A stretch of 64,000 nucleotides of DNA from an uncultured Verrucomicrobiae bacterium (GTDB lineage: Bacteria > Verrucomicrobiota > Verrucomicrobiia > Chthoniobacterales > Chthoniobacteraceae). Position numbers and translations under genes: made by a program. This document shows, in pieces, positions 50,924-61,186 of this stretch (its first letter is position 1; each line of letters opens with the position of its first letter). The stretch spans positions 96,001-160,000 of the forward strand of contig CAWHEP010000003.1 in assembly GCA_963828525.1 (NCBI GenBank), in the 5' to 3' direction. The notes under the pieces are model-generated. The model was not told the origin of the DNA and did no database searches. It saw only the letters and a list, made by a program, of their open reading frames with translations.

Positions 50924-51367
50924 ATGAAACTGCGATTTCTGCTAGTGGTGGGTTTGGCGCTCTGCTGCGGCGCGTGCCAGACTCCTCCGAAGAAGAAACA
51001 TCCCTCAAAGCCAAAGGAGCCAGCGATTACAGACCAGAGTGGGGATGTGTCTTTTCAGGCGTTTGTTGGAAGGCTCAAAGCGGCAGTGGCAAAGCGAGAC
51101 GCGCATGTGCTGGCTTCCATGATGACGCCTGACTTTGGTTATCGACTCGACCCGCTCGGCGAGGGAGCAGGCGTATTCCAATATTGGGATGAAAACGATA
51201 TCTGGAAGGAACTTGCCCTTGTTCTCAAGGATCCCTTTGTTCCAAATGGCCAATACATGGTCGCGCCGCCGCAGTTTGCCAGCGACGCGCAATATCGCGG
51301 CTACCGCGCCGGTATGGTGCTCGTAAATGGAAGCTGGAAGTTCGCCTACTTTGTAACGGGCGGATGA
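50924..51367 (+). CDS. Hypothetical lipoprotein
   Basis: Signal peptide with a lipobox-like CGAC; C-terminal GSWKFAYF. Confidence 0.7.
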   Translation: MKLRFLLVVGLALCCGACQTPPKKKHPSKPKEPAITDQSGDVSFQAFVGRLKAAVAKRDAHVLASMMTPDFGYRLDPLGEGAGVFQYWDENDIWKELALVLKDPFVPNGQYMVAPPQFASDAQYRGYRAGMVLVNGSWKFAYFVTGG

Positions 51368-51804
51368 CGCCGGCCAAGGAGCGCTCCCCGGAGGCGTTCG
51401 GCCTGCCACACAGGGAGCCTTTTGTTTTCGTGAATTCCGTGCTGGAGCACTCACCGGGGCTCTCGGCAACGTGCGAGAAGGTGTTCGCGGAAGCGGAACC
51501 CTTTTTCCAAGGGCACTTTCCGGGCAATCCGCTCGTGCCCGGGGTGCTTCTGACAGAGGCCCTCGCGCAGACTGCGGGAATCGCGGCTGGCGCGCCAGCG
51601 GCGGGCAAGTCCTACCGGCTATCTGCGATAAAACAGATGAAGTTTAGCAGGCCGGTGAAGCCCGGCGATGTGATCGTTCTCGTCGCTGAAAAGAGCGCCG
51701 CAGTCGGCGGTCTGCTGCAGTTTTCAGTATCGGCGAGAGTCGGGGGCGTTGTGGTGGCGGAAGGCTTCCTCGTGCTGAACGAGGCTGCTCTACTTCCCGA
51801 ATGA
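51364..51804 (+). CDS. FabZ-like 3-hydroxyacyl-ACP dehydratase
   Basis: LPHREPF, FFQGHFPG.P.VPGVLLTEALAQ, PVKPGD. Confidence 0.88.
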   Translation: MTPAKERSPEAFGLPHREPFVFVNSVLEHSPGLSATCEKVFAEAEPFFQGHFPGNPLVPGVLLTEALAQTAGIAAGAPAAGKSYRLSAIKQMKFSRPVKPGDVIVLVAEKSAAVGGLLQFSVSARVGGVVVAEGFLVLNEAALLPE

Positions 51805-53103
51805 ATCGCGGGCGGCGGATTGCGCCACCTCATAAACTGTCCGAAGCGGCTGACCCGCTTTTTCGCTCGCGAGCCGGCATGATTCAAACTCCGGAGCTAT
51901 TTGCAAAACCTTCCCTGCCTTCATGCCAAGCTTCACGGAGATGTCGCCGTATGGCGTCGCGACGGTTTCGCTTCTGCGTTCCAACTTAATCCTCCGAAGG
52001 TTGCCGATCCGCACGCCAAAAGAACTCGTCTCACGGAAAATCAAGTCGGTAGCGCGTTCCACCAGAGCGTCGTCACAGAGCACCGTTAACTGAACCCCGG
52101 GCCGATTTTTTTTCATCTGAACAGGCGTCAAGAAAACGTCGAGGGCGCCCATCGCCAGGAGCTTGTCGAACACGGAGCCAATTATTTCCGGGGAGAGATC
52201 GTCAAGATTGGTTTCAATTCTCGTGACAGTATCCGCCTCGGATTTATCTCCCTCGCACGTATCGCCCAGAACGGCCCTCAGGACATTCGGGCGTCCGGCG
52301 AGCTCGCGCGCGCCGACTCCGTAACCTACCCTTGCGACTTTTAACTGAGGCATCGTTCCAAAGGAGGCGCCAAATTCTGCCACGATAGCCGCGCCCGTTG
52401 GGGTGATGAGTTCATCGGCCTCCCCGGTTTGCCGCAGAGGAATGCCGGCCAGGATCTCCAGGGTCGCGAACGACGGAACGGGAAAGCGCCCATGGGCGCA
52501 ATCGACCCAGCCTGAACCTTCCTGAAGATGGGACACGACGACCTGTTCGACTCCAAGGTGCTCTATGCCGACACAGGCGCAGACAATGTCCGCGATGGAA
52601 TCCAGAGCCCCCACCTCATGAAAATGCACATCCGACGGCGGCATGCCATGGATCTTCCCCTCCGCGACGGCGATTCGCTGGAAGATGGCGAGAGCGCGTT
52701 TCTTTACAAAGTCGGAGAGCGCGCTTTCCTCGATGAGTTTTTTGATGTCGGCGTGTGACCTGCCTGCCGGGTGCTCATGCGAGTGACCATGATGCCCCTC
52801 TTCATGATCATGATGGTGGTGCTCATGCGCGTTGTGATCGTGGTCTGCATGGTCGCAACCCTCTCCATGTTCCCTTGGGCGCGCCTCCTCTTCGTGACGA
52901 TGCGTCGCTCCCTCATGGATGCCGAACTTCACTCCCTCGACATGCTGGCGGGACTGCCGTTCGAAATGCATGTGGAAATCCCCGATTTCGATTTTTGTGA
53001 GTTCCCACTCCAAAACAGAGGGCGCAACCCCGAGGTCGCATAAGGCGCCAACCATCATGTCCCCGCTGACGCCCGAAAAACAATCCAAGTAGAGAGTGCG
53101 CAT
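51790..53103 (-). CDS. larC: Nickel-pincer cofactor nickel insertase LarC
   Basis: YLDCFSGVSGDM, His-rich insert, VHFHEVGALDSIADI, ELITPTGAA, ETNLDD, MKKNRPG, PEFE. Confidence 0.9.
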   Translation of the reverse strand: MRTLYLDCFSGVSGDMMVGALCDLGVAPSVLEWELTKIEIGDFHMHFERQSRQHVEGVKFGIHEGATHRHEEEARPREHGEGCDHADHDHNAHEHHHHDHEEGHHGHSHEHPAGRSHADIKKLIEESALSDFVKKRALAIFQRIAVAEGKIHGMPPSDVHFHEVGALDSIADIVCACVGIEHLGVEQVVVSHLQEGSGWVDCAHGRFPVPSFATLEILAGIPLRQTGEADELITPTGAAIVAEFGASFGTMPQLKVARVGYGVGARELAGRPNVLRAVLGDTCEGDKSEADTVTRIETNLDDLSPEIIGSVFDKLLAMGALDVFLTPVQMKKNRPGVQLTVLCDDALVERATDLIFRETSSFGVRIGNLRRIKLERRSETVATPYGDISVKLGMKAGKVLQIAPEFESCRLASEKAGQPLRTVYEVAQSAARDSFGK

Positions 53104-53140
53104 GCGACAGGGATATGGCACCAGCGCGAGGCCGTAAACT

Positions 53141-53872
53141 CTATAAAGCCGAACCTCTCAGCCTCGACGCGACTTCCGGGAGGCGGACTGTCCCGTCATA
53201 AAGGGCACGGCCGATGATGACCCCGTGGAGACCCGTCATAGCTGAGAGGCGATAGATGTCAGTCTCCCGGGCGACACCGCCGCTGGCTATCAGGGCACAT
53301 TGCACCGTTCGCAACATCTCTTCGATCTCAGCGAAATTAGGCCCTTCCATCATCCCATCGGTGGCGACGTCCGTGTATATGATCGTTCCCGCGCCGGCCG
53401 CCTCCACCCGCCGCGCAAGATCGACCGCCGTCACACCGGCGGATTCCACCCAGCCTTTCACCAGAACGATCCCGTTCCGCGCGTCGATGCCAACGGCAAT
53501 CCGGTCACCGCCGAATCTCTTAACCATTTCTTCAACGAAGCCCAGGGATTCAGAAGCGCGAGTTCCGATCACCACACGGGACACACCCGCGTCAAACGCC
53601 TGACGGATCGCGCCCTCGCTGCGCATGCCGCCGCCCAGCTCACAGGGTATGTCAATGGCGTCGACGATTTGTCGAACGGCGTCCAGGTTCTTGAGAATGC
53701 CCGTGAACGCCGCGTCCAGATCGACGATGTGCAGAAAATCACCGCCTTCTGTTTGCCACTTCTCCGCAAACTCCGCGGGGCGCGCCGAGAAGACAGTCTT
53801 TTCTTCGGCCTTCCCCTGTTTCAGGCGAACAACCTCTCCTCCCATCAGATCGATAGCTGGGAGCAGAATCAT
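53141..53872 (-). CDS. hisA: ProFAR isomerase
   Basis: PAIDLMGGEVVRLKQG, HIVDLD, LGGGMR, YTDVATDG, ASGGV. Confidence 0.95.
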   Translation of the reverse strand: MILLPAIDLMGGEVVRLKQGKAEEKTVFSARPAEFAEKWQTEGGDFLHIVDLDAAFTGILKNLDAVRQIVDAIDIPCELGGGMRSEGAIRQAFDAGVSRVVIGTRASESLGFVEEMVKRFGGDRIAVGIDARNGIVLVKGWVESAGVTAVDLARRVEAAGAGTIIYTDVATDGMMEGPNFAEIEEMLRTVQCALIASGGVARETDIYRLSAMTGLHGVIIGRALYDGTVRLPEVASRLRGSAL

Positions 53873-54777
53873 TGGGAGTCATCCTTCGGCGAGGTCTTTT
53901 TCTTCACCGGTGACGGATCGGCTTTTTTCTTTGGCGATGGGGAGGCATGCCCGGACTTTGCACTCGGGGATGGGGACGGCTTTGGATGGGATTTCACGGG
54001 ATGTTCGTGACGAGGGCGCGCCTCCGTCTCCTCGTGCTTGACGGATTCATCGGGGGCTGGGGAAGGAGAGGCGCCCGGTTGAGGCTCCTTCAACAACTGA
54101 TTGGAAAGTCCGTAGAGATGGAATGGCACTCGTGGATCCTTCTGCGTGATCGCCACCTCCGGAACAGTCCGTCCGTCCCAGACATATCTATATTCAATGT
54201 AGTAGACCTGGTTCGCGGCAGGAAAAGCCCCTTCGCTGGATCGGGCGTCATCCTCATTGAAAAAGCCGGTGGACACCGGTTTTCCCCCGTCTCCTGTGAA
54301 GGCCAGATCCACAAGTCGATTCTGGTTCGACCAGTTACAGATATACAGGCGCAGGCCGTAAGTAGCGCCTGCCTGAAGGCTTGATGTGTTCAGTATGATA
54401 TTTTGGGCGCTGTCTTTGTCCGCCGCATGGGCAAAGCACGCGTCGGAGAGCATTCCGCCCAGCATCCCCTTGCAGCCGTCCAGGTTGGCAGCCACTCCGC
54501 CCGCGTTCGCCAGCGATCCGCTGGATGTCTTGAAAGTCACGCCCCCCGCGCTTGACGAGCTGCCGATGCCGACCAGGGAGACGAATAGCGCCCCGTTGAT
54601 AACCCGATCTATTCCAGTTGTATTACCCGGGTCGACAGCCGCTGTATAAACGCCACCGATCCCGGAATGCCAATCCGTTCCGTCGCACGTCATGCCAACA
54701 TAAGACAGCCCACCCGCATAGAGCCGCGCCAGGGAGAATGTTAGGCAGAAGAAAACGGCGACAGCAGGCCTGATCAT
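53869..54777 (-). CDS. Hypothetical secreted protein with Pro/Lys/Ser-rich tail
   Basis: Signal peptide; 4-bp overlaps with both hisH and hisA. Confidence 0.75.
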   Translation of the reverse strand: MIRPAVAVFFCLTFSLARLYAGGLSYVGMTCDGTDWHSGIGGVYTAAVDPGNTTGIDRVINGALFVSLVGIGSSSSAGGVTFKTSSGSLANAGGVAANLDGCKGMLGGMLSDACFAHAADKDSAQNIILNTSSLQAGATYGLRLYICNWSNQNRLVDLAFTGDGGKPVSTGFFNEDDARSSEGAFPAANQVYYIEYRYVWDGRTVPEVAITQKDPRVPFHLYGLSNQLLKEPQPGASPSPAPDESVKHEETEARPRHEHPVKSHPKPSPSPSAKSGHASPSPKKKADPSPVKKKTSPKDDSQ

Positions 54778-55412
54778 CGTTCGAAGCCCGTCGACCTTTG
54801 GGCATTCACGAAGTTTCGCAGGATGGCAAGCCCTGTTGCCTGGCTCTTCTCAGGGTGGAACTGCATCGCGGCGACGTTGCCCCGCGCGGCACTCGCGGCA
54901 AATTTTTCGCCGTATGTCGCATTGGAAGTCACAACCCCGGGATCTTCGGGCACCGGGAAATAAGAATGCACGAAGAACACGTAAGGATCGACAGGGAGCC
55001 CCCTCCAAAGAGGATGCGGAGGATTCATGATCTCCAGAGTGTTCCAGCCCATGTGAGGGACCTTCAGACCGTTTGGCGTGAACCGCCTTACCGTCCCTTT
55101 GAAGAACCCGAGTCCCGCTTCGCCAGGCGATTCTTCGCTGGATTCGAAAAGAACCTGATAGCCGAGGCAGATGCCCAGGAAAGGCCGCTCGCCATTCAGC
55201 CAGTCATGAAGGCAGTCCCACAGTCTCCTCTCCTTCAGTTGCCGCGCGCAATCTCCGAAAGCTCCAACCCCGGGCAGCACGAGAGAGGTTAAACCCTCCA
55301 TCTCGGCTGGGGAACGAACCAGACGAACTTGCGCGCCCTCATGCAGCAGCGCATTGCTGACGCTCCTGAGGTTGCCGCTTCCGTAATCAACGATCCCGAC
55401 CATGGGCGTCAA
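54774..55412 (-). CDS. hisH: Imidazole glycerol phosphate synthase glutaminase subunit
   Basis: DYGSGNLRSV, LPGVGAF, GICLG, VPHMGWN, QFHPEKS. Confidence 0.95.
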   Translation of the reverse strand: MTPMVGIVDYGSGNLRSVSNALLHEGAQVRLVRSPAEMEGLTSLVLPGVGAFGDCARQLKERRLWDCLHDWLNGERPFLGICLGYQVLFESSEESPGEAGLGFFKGTVRRFTPNGLKVPHMGWNTLEIMNPPHPLWRGLPVDPYVFFVHSYFPVPEDPGVVTSNATYGEKFAASAARGNVAAMQFHPEKSQATGLAILRNFVNAQRSTGFER

Positions 55413-55450
55413 AGTAGAATGGAACCAGCGGAGTTATTCAAACGGAAGTT

Positions 55451-56050
55451 TTAGAGAATACCCTTGGTGCTTGGCACTCCGAGCACTCTGGCGTCAATCT
55501 GGCAGGCCTGATCCACGGCGCGGGCGAAGCCCTTGAAGATCGCCTCCGCCATGTGATGAGCATCCCGGCCATAAAGCACTTCCACGTGCAAGTTGATTGC
55601 TGCGTGGACGCTGAAGGCCCGCAAGAATTCCTCGACAAGCTGGAATGAGAACAAACCGATCGACTCCACGGGCGACGGAGCTTCAAAGTGAAAGAAAGGC
55701 CGGCCACCAAAGTCAACCACCACGCGCGCCAGCGTTTCGTCCATGGGAAGGTAGAAGGAGCCGTACCGGCGGATGCCGGATTTATCACCGAGCGCCCGGT
55801 TGAACGCCTGCCCAAGGCAAATGCCAACGTCCTCCACCGTGTGATGCAAATCCACGTCGATATCGCCGCGCGCTTTAACGCTGAGATCAACAAGACTATG
55901 CCGCGCGAAAAGCTTCAGCATGTGATCAAAGAAAGCGATGCCCGTTTCCACCGAGGCTGTTCCCACGCCATCGACGAGGATTTCCAGCACGATATCCGTT
56001 TCGGTCGTCTTGCGCGCAACCTCCCCTCTCCGAACCCCTTTCGCAATCAT
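55451..56050 (-). CDS. hisB: Imidazoleglycerol-phosphate dehydratase
   Basis: RKTTETDI, FFDHML, HHTVED, PMDE, HHMAEAIFK. Confidence 0.96.
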   Translation of the reverse strand: MIAKGVRRGEVARKTTETDIVLEILVDGVGTASVETGIAFFDHMLKLFARHSLVDLSVKARGDIDVDLHHTVEDVGICLGQAFNRALGDKSGIRRYGSFYLPMDETLARVVVDFGGRPFFHFEAPSPVESIGLFSFQLVEEFLRAFSVHAAINLHVEVLYGRDAHHMAEAIFKGFARAVDQACQIDARVLGVPSTKGIL

Positions 56051-57390
56051 TCGCTGGGAACCTCTTTACCGCGTTTACTTGCAATGGCAACGCCGCCAGC
56101 GACCAGGACGACTGCCCCCAGGACGGTCAGCGCTCCGGGTATCGACATGATAAACGAAACGACGCCCCCACCCCCGCTCCCGGCGTCCGTTGCTGAGGAC
56201 GTTGACACGGAGATCGGGGTTGAAACGGAAACTGACCGCGGGGAAGGCTTCGGCGAAGTTTTGGGTGTCGCATGCTGCGAAGCAGCAGACTTGGACATCG
56301 CAGCCTTCAGACCGACCAAGCGCGGGACCAACACCGCTGAAGCTTGATGGTTTGCAGGCCAGAGGACCGTGGCCTGCTTCAGATCCGCATCGGCTTTGTC
56401 CGAATCCTTCGCGGCAATGTCCCTCTCGGCCTCCCCGGCAGCCCGGATGGATTCCCGCATTTTGTCGATCGGCAGCAACGAGAGCCGGCTTGCCTCGCCT
56501 GGGATGAGAGTCTGAAGAGCGAGTAGAATTTTCTCGCTGCGCGGAACAATCGGCATCCACTTAACACTTTTAGACGACTCGAAAATCGCATTATACCGAT
56601 CCTGTTCCGCTTTCGCCGCCGCGATCAGTTCAGATTTGTGCGGTTCCGAAGCAAGTTGCACCCCTGCGACACGTTCCCGCTCGTCGTGGCGGCACGCCTC
56701 CAGGCGCCGGTCTATATCCGTGCGCAATGCGGCGAGAATGCCTTTAGCGAGATCAACCGCATCGGGATATGCCCGCGATCCGGGGTAAAGTTTCTCCAGT
56801 TGGTCAAAGGCATTGAGGGCGCCGATATAGTCCCTCGCAGTCGTCAGATCCCTCATCGAGTCGAGGGCAACCTCTGCCGCAATTTCGTAATGCTCCTTTT
56901 CAGCCTCATTGCGGGAAAGCCATTTGCCATTCAGCTTAAACTCATCCTTGTCAAGCCGGGCCTTTTCCTCCTGGAAGGCCTGTAACGTCTGCTGCGCCTC
57001 GGCGCGATGAGGACTCTCCGGGAACCCCGTAATGAATGCCTGCATCGCGGCAATTTGCTTATCGTAAACGCCAGGAGAAAATGCGTTCGGCAGAGGTTTG
57101 ACGCTACGGATGGCAGAATAGGCGATCTCGTCAGCAGGAGTCTTTTCAATAGAAGCTATATCCTCGCGCGAAATGGCGCGCTGGTCGGTAATCCCTTCAG
57201 AAACCTTAACGTCCATCGTGACATCCCTCGCTGTCTCGGAGGTGATCGTCCCTTGCACCTTTTCTCCGCTTCTCAAAGTTATCGAGTCCCCCCAGGCAGA
57301 TGAAGCAAGCGCTACAACGAGGACGAAATGGGTATGGCGCGCGAAGCGAGCTGAGGCGACGCGCGCGGATGAGGGGGATAAGATGCGCAT
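56047..57390 (-). CDS. Hypothetical exported helical protein with C-terminal TM anchor
   Basis: Signal peptide, DSITLRSGEKVQG N-domain, TPR-like helices (YPGSRAY), Ser/Thr/Pro linker and TM. Confidence 0.75.
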   Translation of the reverse strand: MRILSPSSARVASARFARHTHFVLVVALASSAWGDSITLRSGEKVQGTITSETARDVTMDVKVSEGITDQRAISREDIASIEKTPADEIAYSAIRSVKPLPNAFSPGVYDKQIAAMQAFITGFPESPHRAEAQQTLQAFQEEKARLDKDEFKLNGKWLSRNEAEKEHYEIAAEVALDSMRDLTTARDYIGALNAFDQLEKLYPGSRAYPDAVDLAKGILAALRTDIDRRLEACRHDERERVAGVQLASEPHKSELIAAAKAEQDRYNAIFESSKSVKWMPIVPRSEKILLALQTLIPGEASRLSLLPIDKMRESIRAAGEAERDIAAKDSDKADADLKQATVLWPANHQASAVLVPRLVGLKAAMSKSAASQHATPKTSPKPSPRSVSVSTPISVSTSSATDAGSGGGGVVSFIMSIPGALTVLGAVVLVAGGVAIASKRGKEVPSE

Positions 57391-57409
57391 GGATTTAGTG
57401 ACCTGGATT

Positions 57410-60400
57410 TCAGCTCCTCATGCGCAGTTGGCGCTTAAGGCTCAGATAGAGCAGATGAAGGGTTCCCAACGAAAAGAACACCAACACCAGAATATTAAAC
57501 AAAAGAACACTGCACTGAAAGCGAGAAAAAAACTTCTCAGGGCCGAAAAAAACATTGATGCGGTTTGATCTGCGATAGTCGAGTTGCTCCGTCTCCGCTT
57601 TAGACACCAAGTCTATGATTTTCCGGTTCACATATAGAGCTTCGGCTGACACCCCACTTCTGCGGCTAGCTAAAGCGGCAACATCCAAGGGCCCGCCTGA
57701 AAGAATCTCATCCACCCTCCAGAGCCGCTTTTCGACCTCACTCGCTGAGGCGCAATCCAGCCCGGACAAAAACGCCAGCGTGTCTTTCAAATCCTCCAAC
57801 CGGTTCGCCTGCTTTTCAGTCCGCTCCGGGGTAGCCACGAGCTGATCGATCTGCTGCTGCAAACGCTCCTGCCGTGAAGTGAGAGGATTCAGCTTCGCCT
57901 GGGCGACCACAAGGGCTTCGTAGGACCAACGCATAGGCATGAACTCGCATAAGAGCGGCACATGGAGGGCGCTCTCGTCCTTCTCCTTTTCGTTATTTGG
58001 GTGATTGGAAAACCACCGGTTAAATTCGTGCACGCAAGATCCAGATTGCGATTCATTTCCTCATATTTGATCAATGCTCCTCCCAGAATGATCTGGGGAA
58101 TCAACACCAAGGGAACGAAATTCGCCGCGGTTTTCGCGTCGGAAACGAGTGAAGAGATGAGAAGACCCAGGGCAACGCCGGTAAAGGCGGTGATGAAGGC
58201 GTATCCAAAGTAAATCCAGAACATCCCCCTGATCTCCAGGATCGCGTTGCCAATGAGGATAAAGAGGGCGCATTGCACAGCGGCGAAGAGCGCCAGCGCC
58301 ATGGACTTCGCGAAGACATAATACGGAAGGCGCACGTTCAGATTGCGCTCACGCTGGAGCACCGTGCGGTCGCGGATTATGTCATCCGCGCTATTCGTCA
58401 GCCCAAGGAACATCGCCACGATGAGGCTCAAAAAAAGATAGGTCGGAATGTGAAAAGCTGACGCGAAATCGTAGCCGCCGGCCTCGTTATTGTAGCGAAG
58501 CACGCCCGCGATCAGCGCCGCCAGAATAGGGGCTTCGACAATGGTCGTAAGCAGGTTCGCCCGGTTCCTTAGCTTGCTGATGAAGGCGCGGCGAATCAGC
58601 GTTTGAAGCTGCATCCATTCATCGCGCCAACGGATCGCCTCCGGCTTTCGTTCCAGGGAAGGCGGCACGGGCGCCGGGTCCGGCTTGCGCATCGCCACCT
58701 GCCTCATCTCCTGCAGGAGGCGAAAAGACTCATACTTATCCCGCCAGTAGTCGGGGGAATAGCGCCGCGCGGGAACCAGTTGCCCATCCGCGTTTTCCTC
58801 GTAAATGATATCGCCACTCAGATCGCGCAAAGGCGTTTCCAAGACGTCGAAGATGAATTCGGGCCGGGTTGTCCCACATGCCGGGCAGCCCCCCAGTTCC
58901 GTGCCGAAGTGCTGCTCATGCTCCGCTTCGGCGAAATACCCGAGCATTTCCGCCGGCGTGCCGAAAAAGACGAGCCGTCCACCTTTGTCAATCAGCAACG
59001 CCTTGCTGAACATCTGGAAGAGCTTTGAAGTCGGCTGATGAATAGTCACCAGAACGATCTTGTTGTGGGACATGCTCCGTATGATCTCGATCACATGCTC
59101 GGAATCCTTCGACGAAAGGCCGGAGGTGGGTTCGTCGAAGAGGTAGATGTCGGCTGAGCCGATCATGTCGAGCCCGATGTTCAAACGCTTGCGCTCGCCT
59201 CCGCTGAGCGTCTTTTTCATCGGGCTGCCGACAACGCTATCGCGACGCTCACTCAAACCAAGTTCGACTAGCTTGCCATCGATCCTGCGCGGCGCGATCC
59301 CATCGGGAAAGATGGGGCGAGCGAATGGCAGCGGCGAAATCCAAGTTTTCTTCGATGGTAAGATGTTCATCAAAGGCGTCCTCTTGAGGGATGTATGTGA
59401 TGTAGTGCTTCAACTTTTCGAGGTTCGAATACAAGGGTTGGCTATTCAGGAGAACGCCGCCGTGGGTGGGCTGCAACTGCCCGGCAAGAGTTCTGAGCAG
59501 TGTGCTTTTACCGGAACCACTCGCGCCCATGACACACACGATCTCTCCCCGATTTACCGAAAAAGAAATTCCGTCGAGGCCTCGTTCCTTGTCCCCAAAG
59601 CAGTAAGTCAGGTCATGAATCTCCAAGCTGCTGATGATGTTGCGCTCCTCCTCAATGATGCGCTCCGAAAAATCGCACCGGAGAACCTGACCCGTGTCTA
59701 TGCGGATGGTATCTCCATCCGCTAGAGGCATAGAATTGCGCACAGGGACATCACCCACCAAAATTGGCCGATCCGCCTGTAAAACTTCGAGCCGGCCGAC
59801 GCGATTTTCGTAATCGCACTGGATCTTGAGAAGGACTTCGCCACCTGTTCCGGGGGAGAGGAGAATGTCGTCTTCCTCCAGAAGGCCCGGGTTATTGGAG
59901 ACCAGATATTCCGATTTGTGCGCCTTCAATTGGAACCGGCCACCCAGGGCGCGCGCGCGCCGCCTCAGATCACTAAGCGATAGCTCGCTGTCGTTGTGGA
60001 ACAGGATCACATCCTCCAGCGTGCCTTCCACATTCACTCCGGCTTTCAGATGAACCCCGTTTAGCACCGCGTCCACATCCTTTAGCGCCTTGATCTGAAC
60101 CTTCAGCCCGAATTTAACCTCGATGCAACTGTCGCGGGTGCGGGATTTCTCGACCAGGTACTTCATCGTTGCGGTCTACAGTCAGGTAGAGCTGCGCCAG
60201 CGAAACGTTCTTTTTGGCGTTGAAGTAGTAAACGAGATCTTGATGGGTGAGGACCTGCTCTCCGAGCACGATGCGCTGGCCGGGATACACCCTGCAAAAC
60301 TCTCCCCGTCCCAGCGCCCGTCCCCTCACGACGATGGCGCGCGTGCTCTGATTCTTGAGGATGATAAGATCATGATAGCGAAACGCGATGAGTTGATCCT

Positions 60401-61010
60401 CCTCCACCAGTCCCCTTAGGATTATGTCCGCGGAGCCGTTGTGCCCGAATCTGAGGGATTCGAGGGGGGAAGCTCCCCTTTGATAGACAGAAGGGTCAGA
60501 CTCGCCCGACGCGTTTAGCTGGTAAACGATGTCGATGGCCTGCGCCGCGACGCCCAACTGCGACATGAACGAATAGTAGCTGACCACCTGTTCCTGGTTC
60601 AGACCCGCCTTCGATATGAGATCGTAGAGCTGCACGCCGAGCATGATCTTTCGGTCTGGGCTGAGTTGCGCGGAGAGCTTTTGGGCCATCGCGATCAGAT
60701 CCTGCTGCTCGTTCAATGCCTGCCGGAAGAGCTTTCGCAGCTCAGAATAAACAGCTTCCGGATAGTCATAGCGCAGGAAGCCAAGGCTGGAATCGATTTC
60801 ACCTTCCAGCACCTTCCCATTCACTTTCGAAAATGCGGCGAGAACCTGGATCAGGAGAGGGAGCAGATTCGGCGCTTCAGCGACGGTGCGCGGCTTGCGC
60901 ATCGCTCTGCGCGCGAGTTGCCTTGCGGAACGCTGAACCCGATACGCGAGAGGCACGACGAAACGCGCGGTGCGTCCCATTTTTGTCAGTAGACCGTAGC
61001 CGTTAGTCAT
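57410..61010 (-). CDS. Multidomain ABCG-type exporter: TerB-like N-domain, FHA-like beta domains, ABC ATPase and ABC-2 membrane domain (apparent frameshifts near 60158, 59300 and 58036)
   Basis: [62 protein letters not shown] across four overlapping ORFs. Confidence 0.8.
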
Positions 61011-61186
61011 CGTTCAGAGGGTGGCGCGACACTTTTCATGGCACCCGCGACCAGCCGTTGCAACGTATAACGTTGTTGACCGAAAGTCGATATTACCTAG
61101 ACTTCAATGACAAGACTCCTTCATTGCGCCGCCCTTATCGCGGTGATACTCTCATCCAAGACAAATTCCAGGAAATCCTGGCCTCT

